The notes: generated by a model not told the origin, from the letters alone. A stretch of DNA of 32,000 nucleotides from Candidatus Saccharimonadota bacterium (GCA_963677105.1 OY781871.1:810001-842000); one strand, 5' to 3'. Positions 7,844-16,066 are shown, numbered from the stretch's first letter. Numbers and translations: made by a program.

Positions 7844-9514
7844 CTACATCCTTTCTGGAGCTTGAAATCCAAGTATTTCCATTCCTTTTTCAAGAACATT
7901 TAAAACCTTTTCGGCTAATGCAATACGAGCGCTTATGAGCTCAGGTGTTTCTGCTTTCAAAACAGAGTTTGCTGCATAATAACTCGACCAATCTTGTGCC
8001 AATTCTAAGAGATAAGTAGCGACATATGTAGGATTCAAGTTTTCAGCCGCGCGATTTAATACATCTGGAAATGCGAGAATTTTTGCACCAAGGTCCTTTT
8101 CTGCTTCGCCTAAATAGTTCTCAGCGTTAATATTTTTCTGTTTGCTGGCTTTTCGGAGAATAGATTGAATTCGTACTGCTGCGTATTGTAAATACGGTCC
8201 TGTGGCACCTTCAAACGCGATAGATTTTTTAGCATCAAACGTAATAGTTTTTTTCGGAGAAGTCTGTAACAAATAAAACTTCCACGCAGCATTTTGAATT
8301 TTCTCAGCAGTTTCGCGTATTTCTTCTTCGCTCCAATCTTCATGACGTTTTTTGATTTCTTCTGTTGCAAGAGAATGAAGTTCATCCATTAAATTATCTG
8401 CATCAACAACAGTTCCTTCACGTGATTTCATTCGTCCGTCGGGAAGGTTTACTAATCCATATCCGAGATGATGGAGATGTTTTGGATCAATGAGTCCTAA
8501 TTTATTAAGACATGTAAATAAAACTTTGAAGTGATAGTTCTGTTCATCAGCAACCACATACATCATTTGATCTGGTTCAAAATCTTTCATTCGAGCTGTT
8601 GCAACAGCCAAATCTTGCGTTAAATAAATAGAAGTTCCATCTGCACGAAGTATCACTTTTTCATCGAGTCCTTCGTCTGTTAAATCAATAACAATAGCGT
8701 TATCATCTCTCTTTTGGAAAACACCTTTTTCAAGTCCATTTTCAGCAAGAGTTCGTCCTTCTTGGTAATATTCAGATTCTTTATATTCTTTTTCAAAAGA
8801 AACTCCTTGACGCTTGTATGTTTCTGCGTGTCCATTAAGTGCCCAACTCGACATTTTTTTCCATAAATTTTTAATTTCTTCATCACCAGATTCCCATTTC
8901 ACGAGCATTGCTTTTGCTTCATCGATAAGTGTTTCGTCTTTTTTTGATTCTTCATTAAATTTCACGTACCAGTCTCCCACAAAGTGATCACTTTTTTTGT
9001 TCGGTTCTTCATTATTTCCCCATTTTTGGTAGGCGAGTATAGATTTACAAATATGAACGCCACGATCATTAATGATATTTACTCGATGAACTTTTGCATC
9101 TACGGATTCCAGTAAATTTGATACGGAAATTCCGAGCGCATGATTCCTCATGTGACCGAGATGAAGCGGTTTATTTGTGTTTGGTCCAGAAAATTCAATT
9201 ACGATATTTTGTCCTGCAGAACAAGTTCCGTTGAGGGGGGTTTTAAACACATTTTCAAAGAATTGTTTTGGTGCGAAATAAAGATTGAGATATGGACCAA
9301 CGAGTTCTGTTTTTTCTATAAAATCGCATTCTTGAAGTATTTCTGAAACGCGTGTTGCAATCTGAACAGGGGATTGTCCTTCACTTTTTGCCAGAAGAAA
9401 AAACTTCATTGCAAGATCGCCTGTTTGTCCACGAGGAACAGGTGCAAATTCTATCTTTGAACAAAATTCTTGATCAAAAGTTTTTTGTAGCCAAGTAAGT
9501 ACAAGGTTTTCCAT
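7844..9514 (-). CDS. argS: Arginine--tRNA ligase
   Basis: Class I HIGH motif NTNKPLHLGHMRNHALG. KMSKS-equivalent GRMKSREG. C-terminal anticodon-binding (DALR-like) helical domain. 556 aa. Confidence 0.92.
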   Translation of the reverse strand: MENLVLTWLQKTFDQEFCSKIEFAPVPRGQTGDLAMKFFLLAKSEGQSPVQIATRVSEILQECDFIEKTELVGPYLNLYFAPKQFFENVFKTPLNGTCSAGQNIVIEFSGPNTNKPLHLGHMRNHALGISVSNLLESVDAKVHRVNIINDRGVHICKSILAYQKWGNNEEPNKKSDHFVGDWYVKFNEESKKDETLIDEAKAMLVKWESGDEEIKNLWKKMSSWALNGHAETYKRQGVSFEKEYKESEYYQEGRTLAENGLEKGVFQKRDDNAIVIDLTDEGLDEKVILRADGTSIYLTQDLAVATARMKDFEPDQMMYVVADEQNYHFKVLFTCLNKLGLIDPKHLHHLGYGLVNLPDGRMKSREGTVVDADNLMDELHSLATEEIKKRHEDWSEEEIRETAEKIQNAAWKFYLLQTSPKKTITFDAKKSIAFEGATGPYLQYAAVRIQSILRKASKQKNINAENYLGEAEKDLGAKILAFPDVLNRAAENLNPTYVATYLLELAQDWSSYYAANSVLKAETPELISARIALAEKVLNVLEKGMEILGFQAPERM

Positions 9515-9564
9515 TGTTTATAGAGTAACAAATTAAGATATTTTGTCAGTTTTTCTTTTATTAA

Positions 9565-9600
9565 AATTAAAGAAAAGGGCGAGAAATATTTCCTCGCCCA
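9565..9600 (-). terminator. Rho-independent terminator between argG and argS
   Basis: On the minus strand, GGGCGAG-N9-CTCGCCC (9577-9599) is followed by TTTTCTTTAATTTT. Confidence 0.55.
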
Positions 9601-9609
9601 AGATAAGAA

Positions 9610-10884
9610 TCAGTTTTTATACAGATCTGATTCCCAGTCATGTAAATTAAACGCTATTTTTTGAGGAAGATTATAGATTTCTATAAATCCAGCAGAAGAG
9701 TTTTGGTTAAATGCCGTATTTTTATTAAATGTTGCGAGATTCTGATCGAAGAGAGAGTTTTGTGATGAAAGAGAAATGATAGAGATATTTCCTTTGTATA
9801 GTTTTATTTTCACCGTTCCAGTTACCTTTTTATTTTGACTATTGATAAAAGCGTGAATGTGATACATCACGGGATCACACCATTTTGAGGCATATGTTAA
9901 GTACGCCCATTTGTTATCAATAAAAGATTTTAATTCATTTTCTTCTCTCGTGGAGACAAGTTTTTCTAATTTCTTATGTGCTTCAATTAAAATACTTGCC
10001 GCGGGATTTTCATAGACACCTCTTACTTTTAATCCAACAATCCTGTCTTCAATTAAGTGAAAAATTCCTACGCCGTGTTTTCCTCCAATTTTATTTAATT
10101 CAGATATAAGAGTACTCAATTTTTTCTTTTTTCCATTTATCGCAATAGGTTTTCCTTTTTGAAATTCTATTTCTATAACTTCATTTTTATAACAAGCTTT
10201 TTCAGGAATAGAACACCATTTTAGAATTTTTTCATCAATAGTTATGTTTTCTGGATTTTCTATTTCTCCGCCTTCGCCCGTATTTCCCCACATATTTTCA
10301 TCATAAGAAAATGGCGAGTCTTTTTTTTGAATTACTGGAATATTGTGTTTTTTCGCGTATTCAATCTGCTCATCTCTTCCCATAGACCATTCTCTTACGG
10401 GTGCAATCGTTTTTAAATTTGGATCAAGCGTTGTTATATATCCTTCAAATCGAACTTGGTCATTTCCTTTTCCGGTACAGCCGTGAGCAATTACGGAGCA
10501 GTTATATTTTTGTGCCATTTTTACAGCAACTTTTGAAATCATAATTCTGCCAAGAGGACAACTAAGAGCATATCCACCTTGATAATCAGCATTTGCCATG
10601 ATCGCTTCACTAATAAATGTATTTGCAAACTCATCTTTTGCGTCATAAATAATTGCTTCTTTTGCTCCAAGAGAAAGTGCCTTTTCTTTAATTTCATTTA
10701 AATTGTCGACAGTTTGTCCAATATCAATTGTGAGAGTTATAACGTCACATTTATATTGTTCTTGAATCCATTTTAATAAAATACTGGTATCAAGTCCTCC
10801 AGAATAAAGGAGAAGACAAGTTTTAAATGTACCAGAATGCGCTTCATGAGAAGCGACTTTTTGATATGATGTTGTGGTTTTCAT
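9610..10884 (-). CDS. argG: Argininosuccinate synthase
   Basis: N-type ATP-pyrophosphatase motif LLYSGGLDTS. The signature AHGCTGKGNDQVRFE is present. 424 aa. Confidence 0.92.
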   Translation of the reverse strand: MKTTTSYQKVASHEAHSGTFKTCLLLYSGGLDTSILLKWIQEQYKCDVITLTIDIGQTVDNLNEIKEKALSLGAKEAIIYDAKDEFANTFISEAIMANADYQGGYALSCPLGRIMISKVAVKMAQKYNCSVIAHGCTGKGNDQVRFEGYITTLDPNLKTIAPVREWSMGRDEQIEYAKKHNIPVIQKKDSPFSYDENMWGNTGEGGEIENPENITIDEKILKWCSIPEKACYKNEVIEIEFQKGKPIAINGKKKKLSTLISELNKIGGKHGVGIFHLIEDRIVGLKVRGVYENPAASILIEAHKKLEKLVSTREENELKSFIDNKWAYLTYASKWCDPVMYHIHAFINSQNKKVTGTVKIKLYKGNISIISLSSQNSLFDQNLATFNKNTAFNQNSSAGFIEIYNLPQKIAFNLHDWESDLYKN

Positions 10885-10917
10885 ATTTATAAGGGTTTAA
10901 ATAATTTAATATGTAAT

Positions 10918-10952
10918 AAAAAAATTCCATCGCAGTGTAATACTGAGACGGA
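10918..10952 (-). terminator. Candidate attenuator terminator in the argG leader
   Basis: On the minus strand, CCGUCUCAG-UAUUACA-CUGCGAUGG (10951->10927; 5 bp, one mismatch, 3 bp) is followed by AA plus a U7 run (10924->10918). It lies about 33 nt before the argG ATG. Confidence 0.45.
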
Positions 10953-10986
10953 TCAAAAATTGCGTTTTGGTTCACAAAATCTCCGC

Positions 10987-11034
10987 CTATTGGCGGCGAC
11001 GACGAAGTTGTGAAACCAGAATCCAGACGTTCAT
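10987..11034 (-). CDS. Candidate Arg-rich leader peptide MNVWILVSQLRRRRQ
   Basis: ATG AAC GTC TGG ATT CTG GTT TCA CAA CTT CGT CGT CGC CGC CAA TAG, read directly from the minus strand. Four consecutive Arg codons sit two codons before the stop, and the ORF is embedded in alternative hairpins upstream of argG. Confidence 0.45.
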   Translation of the reverse strand: MNVWILVSQLRRRRQ

Positions 11035-11054
11035 TGCTGAGAGTCTGTCACGAG

Positions 11055-11082
11055 AGTATAGATTTTGTCAAATTTTTTACAA
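11055..11082 (-). promoter_or_regulatory. Possible sigma-70 promoter for the argG leader
   Basis: On the minus strand: TTGTAA (11082->11077), a 16-nt spacer, then TATACT (11060->11055). The leader hairpin starts about 8 nt downstream. Confidence 0.3.
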
Positions 11083-11141
11083 AAAATATCAAAATCAATA
11101 TTGTCTAAAAAACTTTTTTGAGTAGAATCTTTTTGTTCCTC

Positions 11142-11227
11142 GCTCGGGTGGTGGAACGGTAGACACAGGAGACTTAAAATCTCCCGCTCTCACGGGCGTG
11201 CGGGTTCGATTCCCGCCTCGAGCACCA
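11142..11227 (+). tRNA. tRNA-Leu (anticodon UAA), type II with long variable arm, CCA encoded
   Basis: Acceptor GCTCGGG/CTCGAGC. Anticodon arm GGAGA-CTTAAAA-TCTCC. T arm GCGGG-TTCGATT-CCCGC. Discriminator A followed by CCA. 86 nt. Confidence 0.9.
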
Positions 11228-11229
11228 CG

Positions 11230-11270
11230 AAAACATCTTTTATCCCTTGGGGTTGTGGATGTTTTTATCT
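11230..11270 (+). terminator. Hairpin after tRNA-Leu(UAA)
   Basis: AAAACATC (11230-11237) pairs with GATGTTTT (11258-11265). It is followed by TATCTT. Confidence 0.4.
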
Positions 11271-11335
11271 TACGGAATATATTTAAAAATAATTTGTTTT
11301 TTTCAGCTTTCTGATTACTATCTGACTACCAATTT

Positions 11336-11419
11336 GCGCGGGTGGTGAAATGGTAGACACGCTGGTCTTAGGAACCAGTGCCGCAAGGCGTGGAGGTTCG
11401 AGTCCTCTCCCGCGTACCA
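11336..11419 (+). tRNA. tRNA-Leu (anticodon UAG), type II, CCA encoded
   Basis: Acceptor GCGCGGG/CCCGCGT with a G1-U72 wobble. Anticodon arm CTGGT-CTTAGGA-ACCAG. T loop TTCGAGT. 84 nt. Confidence 0.88.
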
Positions 11420-11566
11420 CGTCGGAATAATCTGTGTTTGTTCCGTTTTTTGTTACACAAAAAAGCTTCACTGCTTCGCTATTCCTTCTCCTTAAATCAA
11501 AAAATCAAAACACATTTTGTCAGTTATTTTGGGAATTTTGATTTAATAAAAGAAAGGCAAAAAAGA

Positions 11567-11598
11567 TTTGAACTTTGTAGTTTGAAAATTGATATTTG
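11567..11598. repeat. Dispersed intergenic word cluster, copy C
   Basis: Contains TTTGAACTTTG (11567-11577), TTGTAGTTTGAA (11575-11586), TTGAAAATTGA (11582-11592) and TGATATTTG (11590-11598). Adjacent to the GTCCCGC hairpin. Confidence 0.6.
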
Positions 11599-11600
11599 GA

Positions 11601-11616
11601 GTCCCGCTAGCGGGAC
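11601..11616 (-). terminator. GC hairpin immediately after tRNA-Cys
   Basis: GTCCCGC-TAG-CGGGAC has the same stem sequence as the hairpin at 7823-7839. It lies 4 nt downstream of the tRNA-Cys 3' end on the minus strand. Confidence 0.45.
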
Positions 11617-11620
11617 GAAT

Positions 11621-11694
11621 TGGAGGCGCCATCCGGATTTGAACCGGAGTACAAGGCTTTGCAGGCCTCTGCGTAACCACTCCGCCATGGCGCC
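11621..11694 (-). tRNA. tRNA-Cys (anticodon GCA), CCA encoded
   Basis: The reverse complement is GGCGCCA...CTGCAAA...TTCAAAT...TGGCGCC-T-CCA. 74 nt cloverleaf with discriminator U. Confidence 0.9.
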
Positions 11695-11716
11695 ATCGCT
11701 CGCGAATACTATCTAA

Positions 11717-12211
11717 CTAATCTTTTTTGTCCAGAATTTTAAAGCTCTTTAATATTTCAGGACACGGACTATCAGAAGCGTTTATTTGTTCAGAACTACA
11801 GCTCAATAACAAAAAGTTTGTTGATTCGGATGTGTGAATAATTTTTTGCCAGAAACTTCGAGTGGGAGTGTTTGTAGATAAATTTCCATTAAAAAAGCAT
11901 TGATTTTCATCGACAAAATTTTGTGTGAAGTTTAAAAAACCCGTTTCTGCACCTTTGCTAAGTGCTTCTCCTGTTACGAGTTCATCACTGTATTCAAATG
12001 AAATGACAACATTATCAGACCCATTTTGTGCCATTAATACAATATTTTTTCCATCATCAGGCGTTTGAAGTTTTTTCCATGATTCAGGAATAAAAATTCC
12101 TACTTCGGCGTTTCCAAGCGGAATAATTGCGTTATAAGGATCATCATGAATTACAGGAGTAGAACATCCGGCAATAGTTAGAGCGAGAACGAGAATCAGA
12201 AAGTTTTTCAT
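11717..12211 (-). CDS. Hypothetical lipoprotein
   Basis: N-terminus MKNFLILVLALTIAGCSTP has a lipobox (L-T-I-A-G-C). 164 aa with no recognisable catalytic motif. Confidence 0.6.
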   Translation of the reverse strand: MKNFLILVLALTIAGCSTPVIHDDPYNAIIPLGNAEVGIFIPESWKKLQTPDDGKNIVLMAQNGSDNVVISFEYSDELVTGEALSKGAETGFLNFTQNFVDENQCFFNGNLSTNTPTRSFWQKIIHTSESTNFLLLSCSSEQINASDSPCPEILKSFKILDKKD

Positions 12212-12240
12212 TTTTCAGGAAAAATTGTACCGTGTGAGAG

Positions 12241-12696
12241 ATGAAAATCAAACTTTGGTTTTTCGGAAAGAAAAAAGAAATTACAGATTTTGAGAAAGAA
12301 ATGGCGAAACGTATTGGTTTTCGATGTGATTTTGAAATGAAAGCAATAGATCAGGCGGGAATAAATGATCCTTCTGTTGCAAAAAAACAAGAGGCGGAAA
12401 AAATATTGAATAAAATAAGTGATCAAGATTTCGTTGTTATTTTTGACGAAAGAGGACAGGAATTTGATTCGGTTGAGTTTTCTCAAAAATTGAAAAGTTG
12501 GATTGTTGCTCGTGGAACAATTCATTTTGTTATTGGAGGAGCTCACGGACATGATGAAAAAGTTCGTGAGAGAGCAGATATTTTATTAAGATTCGGAAAA
12601 ATGGTTTGGACAAGAAATTTGTTCAGGAAAATGGCTTGTGAGCAGATTTATAGAGCATTGGAGATAGATGCTGGATCTAATTTTCACAAAATATAG
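12241..12696 (+). CDS. rlmH: 23S rRNA (pseudouridine1915-N3)-methyltransferase, SPOUT family
   Basis: About 150 aa. VVIFDERGQEFDSVEFSQKL, FVIGGAHGHDE and the C-terminal RKMACEQIYRALEIDAGSNFHK match the RlmH pattern (IGGA.G, EQ.YRA, YHK). Confidence 0.85.
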   Translation: MKIKLWFFGKKKEITDFEKEMAKRIGFRCDFEMKAIDQAGINDPSVAKKQEAEKILNKISDQDFVVIFDERGQEFDSVEFSQKLKSWIVARGTIHFVIGGAHGHDEKVRERADILLRFGKMVWTRNLFRKMACEQIYRALEIDAGSNFHKI

Positions 12697-12749
12697 TATT
12701 TTTAGTATAAGCGAATTGACTTTTTCACAAAAAGAGTTATTTATGTATT

Positions 12750-13682
12750 ATGAAGAAATTTGAAGAATACGTTACAGATTCCTCTTTGGAATATGATTAT
12801 AAAAGTTTATGTAATTCAGAATTACAAGAAAATTCACCAGAAGTAGATAATATAATTATAAATTTTGTTATTAAGTATTTAGCAAAATACATGAATGTTC
12901 GACATATTACGCGAGCTAATTTATTTATTGTTATTCAAGAACATTTGCAACCAGATTTTGGATTGAGTTGTTTAGCGGATATTCGATCTACAGCAGCAAT
13001 CTTTAAACATATTATGTTTTCTCAAGATTATGATGCACACACACAGCATTTTCGAGGAATAGATTTAGGATGTGGAACAGGAATATTAATGGTTCCAATG
13101 ATTATTAATGCTGTAAGAAATAATATAAAAAAAATTACGTGTATTGGTTTGGATATTGATGATGATTCACTTAAAAAAGCAGAAAATGTGTTAGATTTTA
13201 CAGATGCGAATATTCAGTTTGAACAAGAAGATATTACGGCAGAGCTTCCATATGATTGGGTTGAAAAAAATAAACCAGAAATGATTGTGAGTGAAACGAT
13301 TAATAATTCTATTGCACCCTTTTCTGTTTCAAAGGATGGAGAAGTCATTTCGAAAAAACCAGAAAGTGCAATTTTTAAGGAATGGCATAGAGACATTGAT
13401 CCATATAGATTTGTTATTGAAAAACTTTTAGATATACCGGGGTTTTATCAGAGTATAAAAGAGAGAAAACAATTTTTATTTCCAGACATCATAAACAATC
13501 ATCTTGAATTTCAAGGTAATAAAATAGCGCTTCGATTAAGTGATACTGATTTTATTCAGTTACAAGAATTTAGGAATAAATTTTATCAAGAATATGAAGA
13601 TTTCTCGGTTGTTCGATGGCCAACAGATGAAATGATGGAAGAGAGTTCTTTCGAAATGGATTACTTACTTTCTTTGTTATAG
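12750..13682 (+). CDS. Class I SAM-dependent methyltransferase, substrate unknown
   Basis: Motif I GIDLGCGTGILMVP. Acidic end of beta-2 in CIGLDIDDDS. Motif III region FEQEDIT. 310 aa. Confidence 0.65.
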   Translation: MKKFEEYVTDSSLEYDYKSLCNSELQENSPEVDNIIINFVIKYLAKYMNVRHITRANLFIVIQEHLQPDFGLSCLADIRSTAAIFKHIMFSQDYDAHTQHFRGIDLGCGTGILMVPMIINAVRNNIKKITCIGLDIDDDSLKKAENVLDFTDANIQFEQEDITAELPYDWVEKNKPEMIVSETINNSIAPFSVSKDGEVISKKPESAIFKEWHRDIDPYRFVIEKLLDIPGFYQSIKERKQFLFPDIINNHLEFQGNKIALRLSDTDFIQLQEFRNKFYQEYEDFSVVRWPTDEMMEESSFEMDYLLSLL

Positions 13683-13690
13683 AACTAATT

Positions 13691-14614
13691 TTACGCCTCA
13701 CAAATTGCTCGTGCCATTTCAGCGCGAGTGATGGATCGATGTGGATCAATATCTCCAGAAGTAGGTAGAAGCATTTCTCGAGTTTGCGCTTCGTTTGTGT
13801 ATTTTTTAAACCACTGACTTCCAGCAATATCACTTAAATTTTCTTCTTTAGTAGCAAAAATAATTTTTACTGCTTCTGCTCGAGTTACTGGATTTGCAGG
13901 ACGAAAAGTTCCGTCTTCATATCCAGAAACAATTCCTTGAGAATACGCTGTTGTGACGTATTTTTCATACCATTCATTTGCTGGAATATCTAAAAAAGGG
14001 TGTATTGAAGAATTTGCAATTGATACCTGAAAAAATTCTAATACGATTTTCAAACATTCTGCTCGATTGAGCGTGTCATTTGGACGAAAATTTCCTGTCT
14101 GACTATCACCATTTACAACGCCTGATTCTTTGAGTTGTGCAATAAATTCATATTCCGGGTGATTGAGATCGACGTCTGGAAAACAGGAAGTTTCTGGGTT
14201 TATTAACTCACTAAACCATTCACCAGTTGTAGTAAAAACGCGTTTTGCTCCATACCATGCATTTTTCCAATAATCTGTGTTGAGAGAATCTTCTACGACT
14301 TTTTCATTGTACGAATTCGCATTTATAAATTTTCGATTTCCAATGTAGATTCCTACGTGATTTGGTTTTCGATCTGTCCAACCAGTATCAAAAAACACAA
14401 AATCTCCGATTTGTAAGTTTTCCTTCGAAACCTCTGTTCCAATAGAGTATTGATCAGTACTTGATCGAGGAATTTCTTTTGAAAAAATCTCATCACAAGC
14501 ACAACAAAGTAAACTTGAGCAATCATATTCATTTGGACCATTTGCGCCCAATACATACGGTTTCCCGAGACAATCTGTACAAAATGAAACTAAATCGGAG
14601 ATAGTTTTACTCAT
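13691..14614 (-). CDS. NlpC/P60 (C40) cell-wall peptidase with three C-terminal SLH domains
   Basis: GKPYVLGANGPNEYDCSSLL contains the catalytic Cys and NHVGIYIG the catalytic His. Three SLH-like repeats follow: F.DV....PEY.FI..L...GVV.G....FRPNDTLNRAE, FLDIPANEWYEKYV..A...GIVSGYEDGTFRPANPVTRAE and a third ending SITRAEMA. The ATG at 14614 is preferred over the ORF-track start at 14701, which would overlap prfB. Confidence 0.8.
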   Translation of the reverse strand: MSKTISDLVSFCTDCLGKPYVLGANGPNEYDCSSLLCCACDEIFSKEIPRSSTDQYSIGTEVSKENLQIGDFVFFDTGWTDRKPNHVGIYIGNRKFINANSYNEKVVEDSLNTDYWKNAWYGAKRVFTTTGEWFSELINPETSCFPDVDLNHPEYEFIAQLKESGVVNGDSQTGNFRPNDTLNRAECLKIVLEFFQVSIANSSIHPFLDIPANEWYEKYVTTAYSQGIVSGYEDGTFRPANPVTRAEAVKIIFATKEENLSDIAGSQWFKKYTNEAQTREMLLPTSGDIDPHRSITRAEMARAICEA

Positions 14615-14624
14615 AAAAAAAAGA

Positions 14625-15704
14625 TTATTTTTTTCGTAAAAATGCATCGACGAATGTATCAAGTTCTCCATCAAATACTTTATCTGGACTTCCCATTTCA
14701 CAATCAGTTCGATGATCTTTTACCAATTGATATGGTTGTAACGTGTAGGTTCGAATCTGACTTCCAAAAGAGTTTTCCATTTGTTCTCCACGCAGTTCAT
14801 CAATTCTTTCAGCATTTTGTTCCAGTTGCAATTGCAACAAACGAGATTTCAAAACTTTCATTGCTGCTTGCTTATTTTGCAATTGAGATTTTTCATTTTG
14901 ACAGGTTGCCACCAAGTTTAATGGCAAATAGGTAATTCGTACTGCCGAATCAGTTGTATTAACACTTTGTCCACCACATCCAGAAGCACGAAACACATCA
15001 ATCCTTAAATCAGAGTCTGCAATTTCAATATCAGTATCTTGTTCAATTGCAGGAAGAATTTCCACACGAGAAAAAGAAGTTTGTCGTAAATTTTTCGCAT
15101 TAAACGGAGACAATCGGATGAGTCGATGTACGCCATGTTCTGATTTCAAAAATCCATACGCATTCAATCCAGAAATTTCTAACATTGCCGATTTCAATCC
15201 TGCATCTGAGGTAGATTCTTCCATAATTTGCACTTTCCAATTTTTTCGTTCTGCATATCGCAAATACATTCGCAATAACATTTGACTAAAATCTTCTGCA
15301 TCTTGTCCGCCGTTTCCAGTAGAAATTTTCAAAATTGCATTATATCCATCGTATTCTCCAGAAAGAAGCGTCTCAATTTCTCCAGCAGCAAAGTTTTTTT
15401 CTGTCGTTTTTAGCTCACTCGCAATATCTTGTAATTCTTTATCGTCTGCCATTTCAGCAAGTTCTGGGAGATCGCGGAGATTCTCCGCAATTTGAGTCCA
15501 TATTTTGATGAATGTTTCAAGACCAGATGCTTTTTGTGAAACCTTCTGTGCATTTTCTGGATTATTCCAAAAATCAGAAGCACTCATTTGTGATTGTAAT
15601 TGCTCGAATTTCGTCTTTTTTTCTTCCAAGTCTAAGGTAGACTCAATTTCTTTATATCGAGTTGTAAGCGCGCTTAATCGTTCGAGAATTTCGGATTTTT
15701 GCAT
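14625..15704 (-). CDS. prfB: Peptide chain release factor 2
   Basis: SPF tripeptide (RLIRLSPFNA) and GGQ motif (SGCGGQSVN). The ORF is open to 15782. Alignment of the DFWNNPENAQ segment to canonical RF2 favours the Met at 15704 (MQKSEILERL), with 15740 as an alternative. Confidence 0.9.
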   Translation of the reverse strand: MQKSEILERLSALTTRYKEIESTLDLEEKKTKFEQLQSQMSASDFWNNPENAQKVSQKASGLETFIKIWTQIAENLRDLPELAEMADDKELQDIASELKTTEKNFAAGEIETLLSGEYDGYNAILKISTGNGGQDAEDFSQMLLRMYLRYAERKNWKVQIMEESTSDAGLKSAMLEISGLNAYGFLKSEHGVHRLIRLSPFNAKNLRQTSFSRVEILPAIEQDTDIEIADSDLRIDVFRASGCGGQSVNTTDSAVRITYLPLNLVATCQNEKSQLQNKQAAMKVLKSRLLQLQLEQNAERIDELRGEQMENSFGSQIRTYTLQPYQLVKDHRTDCEMGSPDKVFDGELDTFVDAFLRKK

Positions 15705-15754
15705 CGACGAAAGAATAGCATGATTTTTTGTATGTGTCATTCTCCCAGAAAAAA

Positions 15755-16066
15755 TTATTTTCCTGGCCAATATTGAGTCCATCCGCCTTCAGAAGTATTT
15801 CGAATATAATGATAAATATAGCCTTTTTCTTGAAGTGATTGTGGCATAACATAAAAATCTTCTCTTAAAAAAACAACATCATCTCTTGTTTTAACTAATT
15901 CAATTTGTGATATTTTCGTAGCATTTTTTAAACTTTCTGGAGTTTCCCAGCCCTTTCCATTTGTTACTATTCTTTCCCATCCTTCTTCGATTAAGAATTC
16001 TTCATCTTTTTCATTTTCTGTTTTTTCTTTATTTTCAACATCGTTAGCATCACGTTGTTCAAGCAT
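15755..16066 (-). CDS. Hypothetical small protein (103 aa, acidic N-terminus)
   Basis: ATG-initiated ORF directly upstream of prfB on the same strand, with coding-like composition. No recognisable motif. Confidence 0.5.
   Translation of the reverse strand: MLEQRDANDVENKEKTENEKDEEFLIEEGWERIVTNGKGWETPESLKNATKISQIELVKTRDDVVFLREDFYVMPQSLQEKGYIYHYIRNTSEGGWTQYWPGK

Noticed and set aside
9534-11524. A shared [T/C]TGACAAAAT motif upstream of both argS (9539-9548) and the argG leader (11061-11070), considered as an arginine-specific operator
   Set aside because: A third copy on the same strand at 11515-11524 and a similar TTGACAAAT near 16125 are not next to arg genes. It is more likely a generic -35-type promoter word than an Arg box. 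It also does not resemble the palindromic ARG-box consensus.
11283-11716. ORFs of 62 aa (minus strand) and 112 aa (plus strand) in the tRNA region
   Set aside because: Both run through or antisense to the three well-formed tRNA genes. Their translations reflect tRNA sequence rather than protein-like composition.
13281-13310. A PRMT-like motif (MIVSETINNS versus IVSEWMG) in the 310-aa methyltransferase
   Set aside because: The second Glu of the PRMT double-E loop and the THW loop are absent. Only the generic class I SAM-binding fold can be supported.
13691-14701. The full 336-aa ORF-track version of the NlpC/P60 gene
   Set aside because: Its first 29 codons overlap the 3' end of prfB and add no recognisable domain or signal peptide. 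The ATG at 14614 leaves a 10-nt gap after prfB.
14625-15782. A programmed +1 frameshift site (CUU UGA C type) in prfB, and the 26-codon N-terminal extension of the ORF
   Set aside because: The reading frame is continuous with no in-frame TGA near the 5' end, so no frameshift is needed. The extension overlaps the upstream 103-aa gene and does not align with canonical RF2 N-termini, so an internal Met is preferred.
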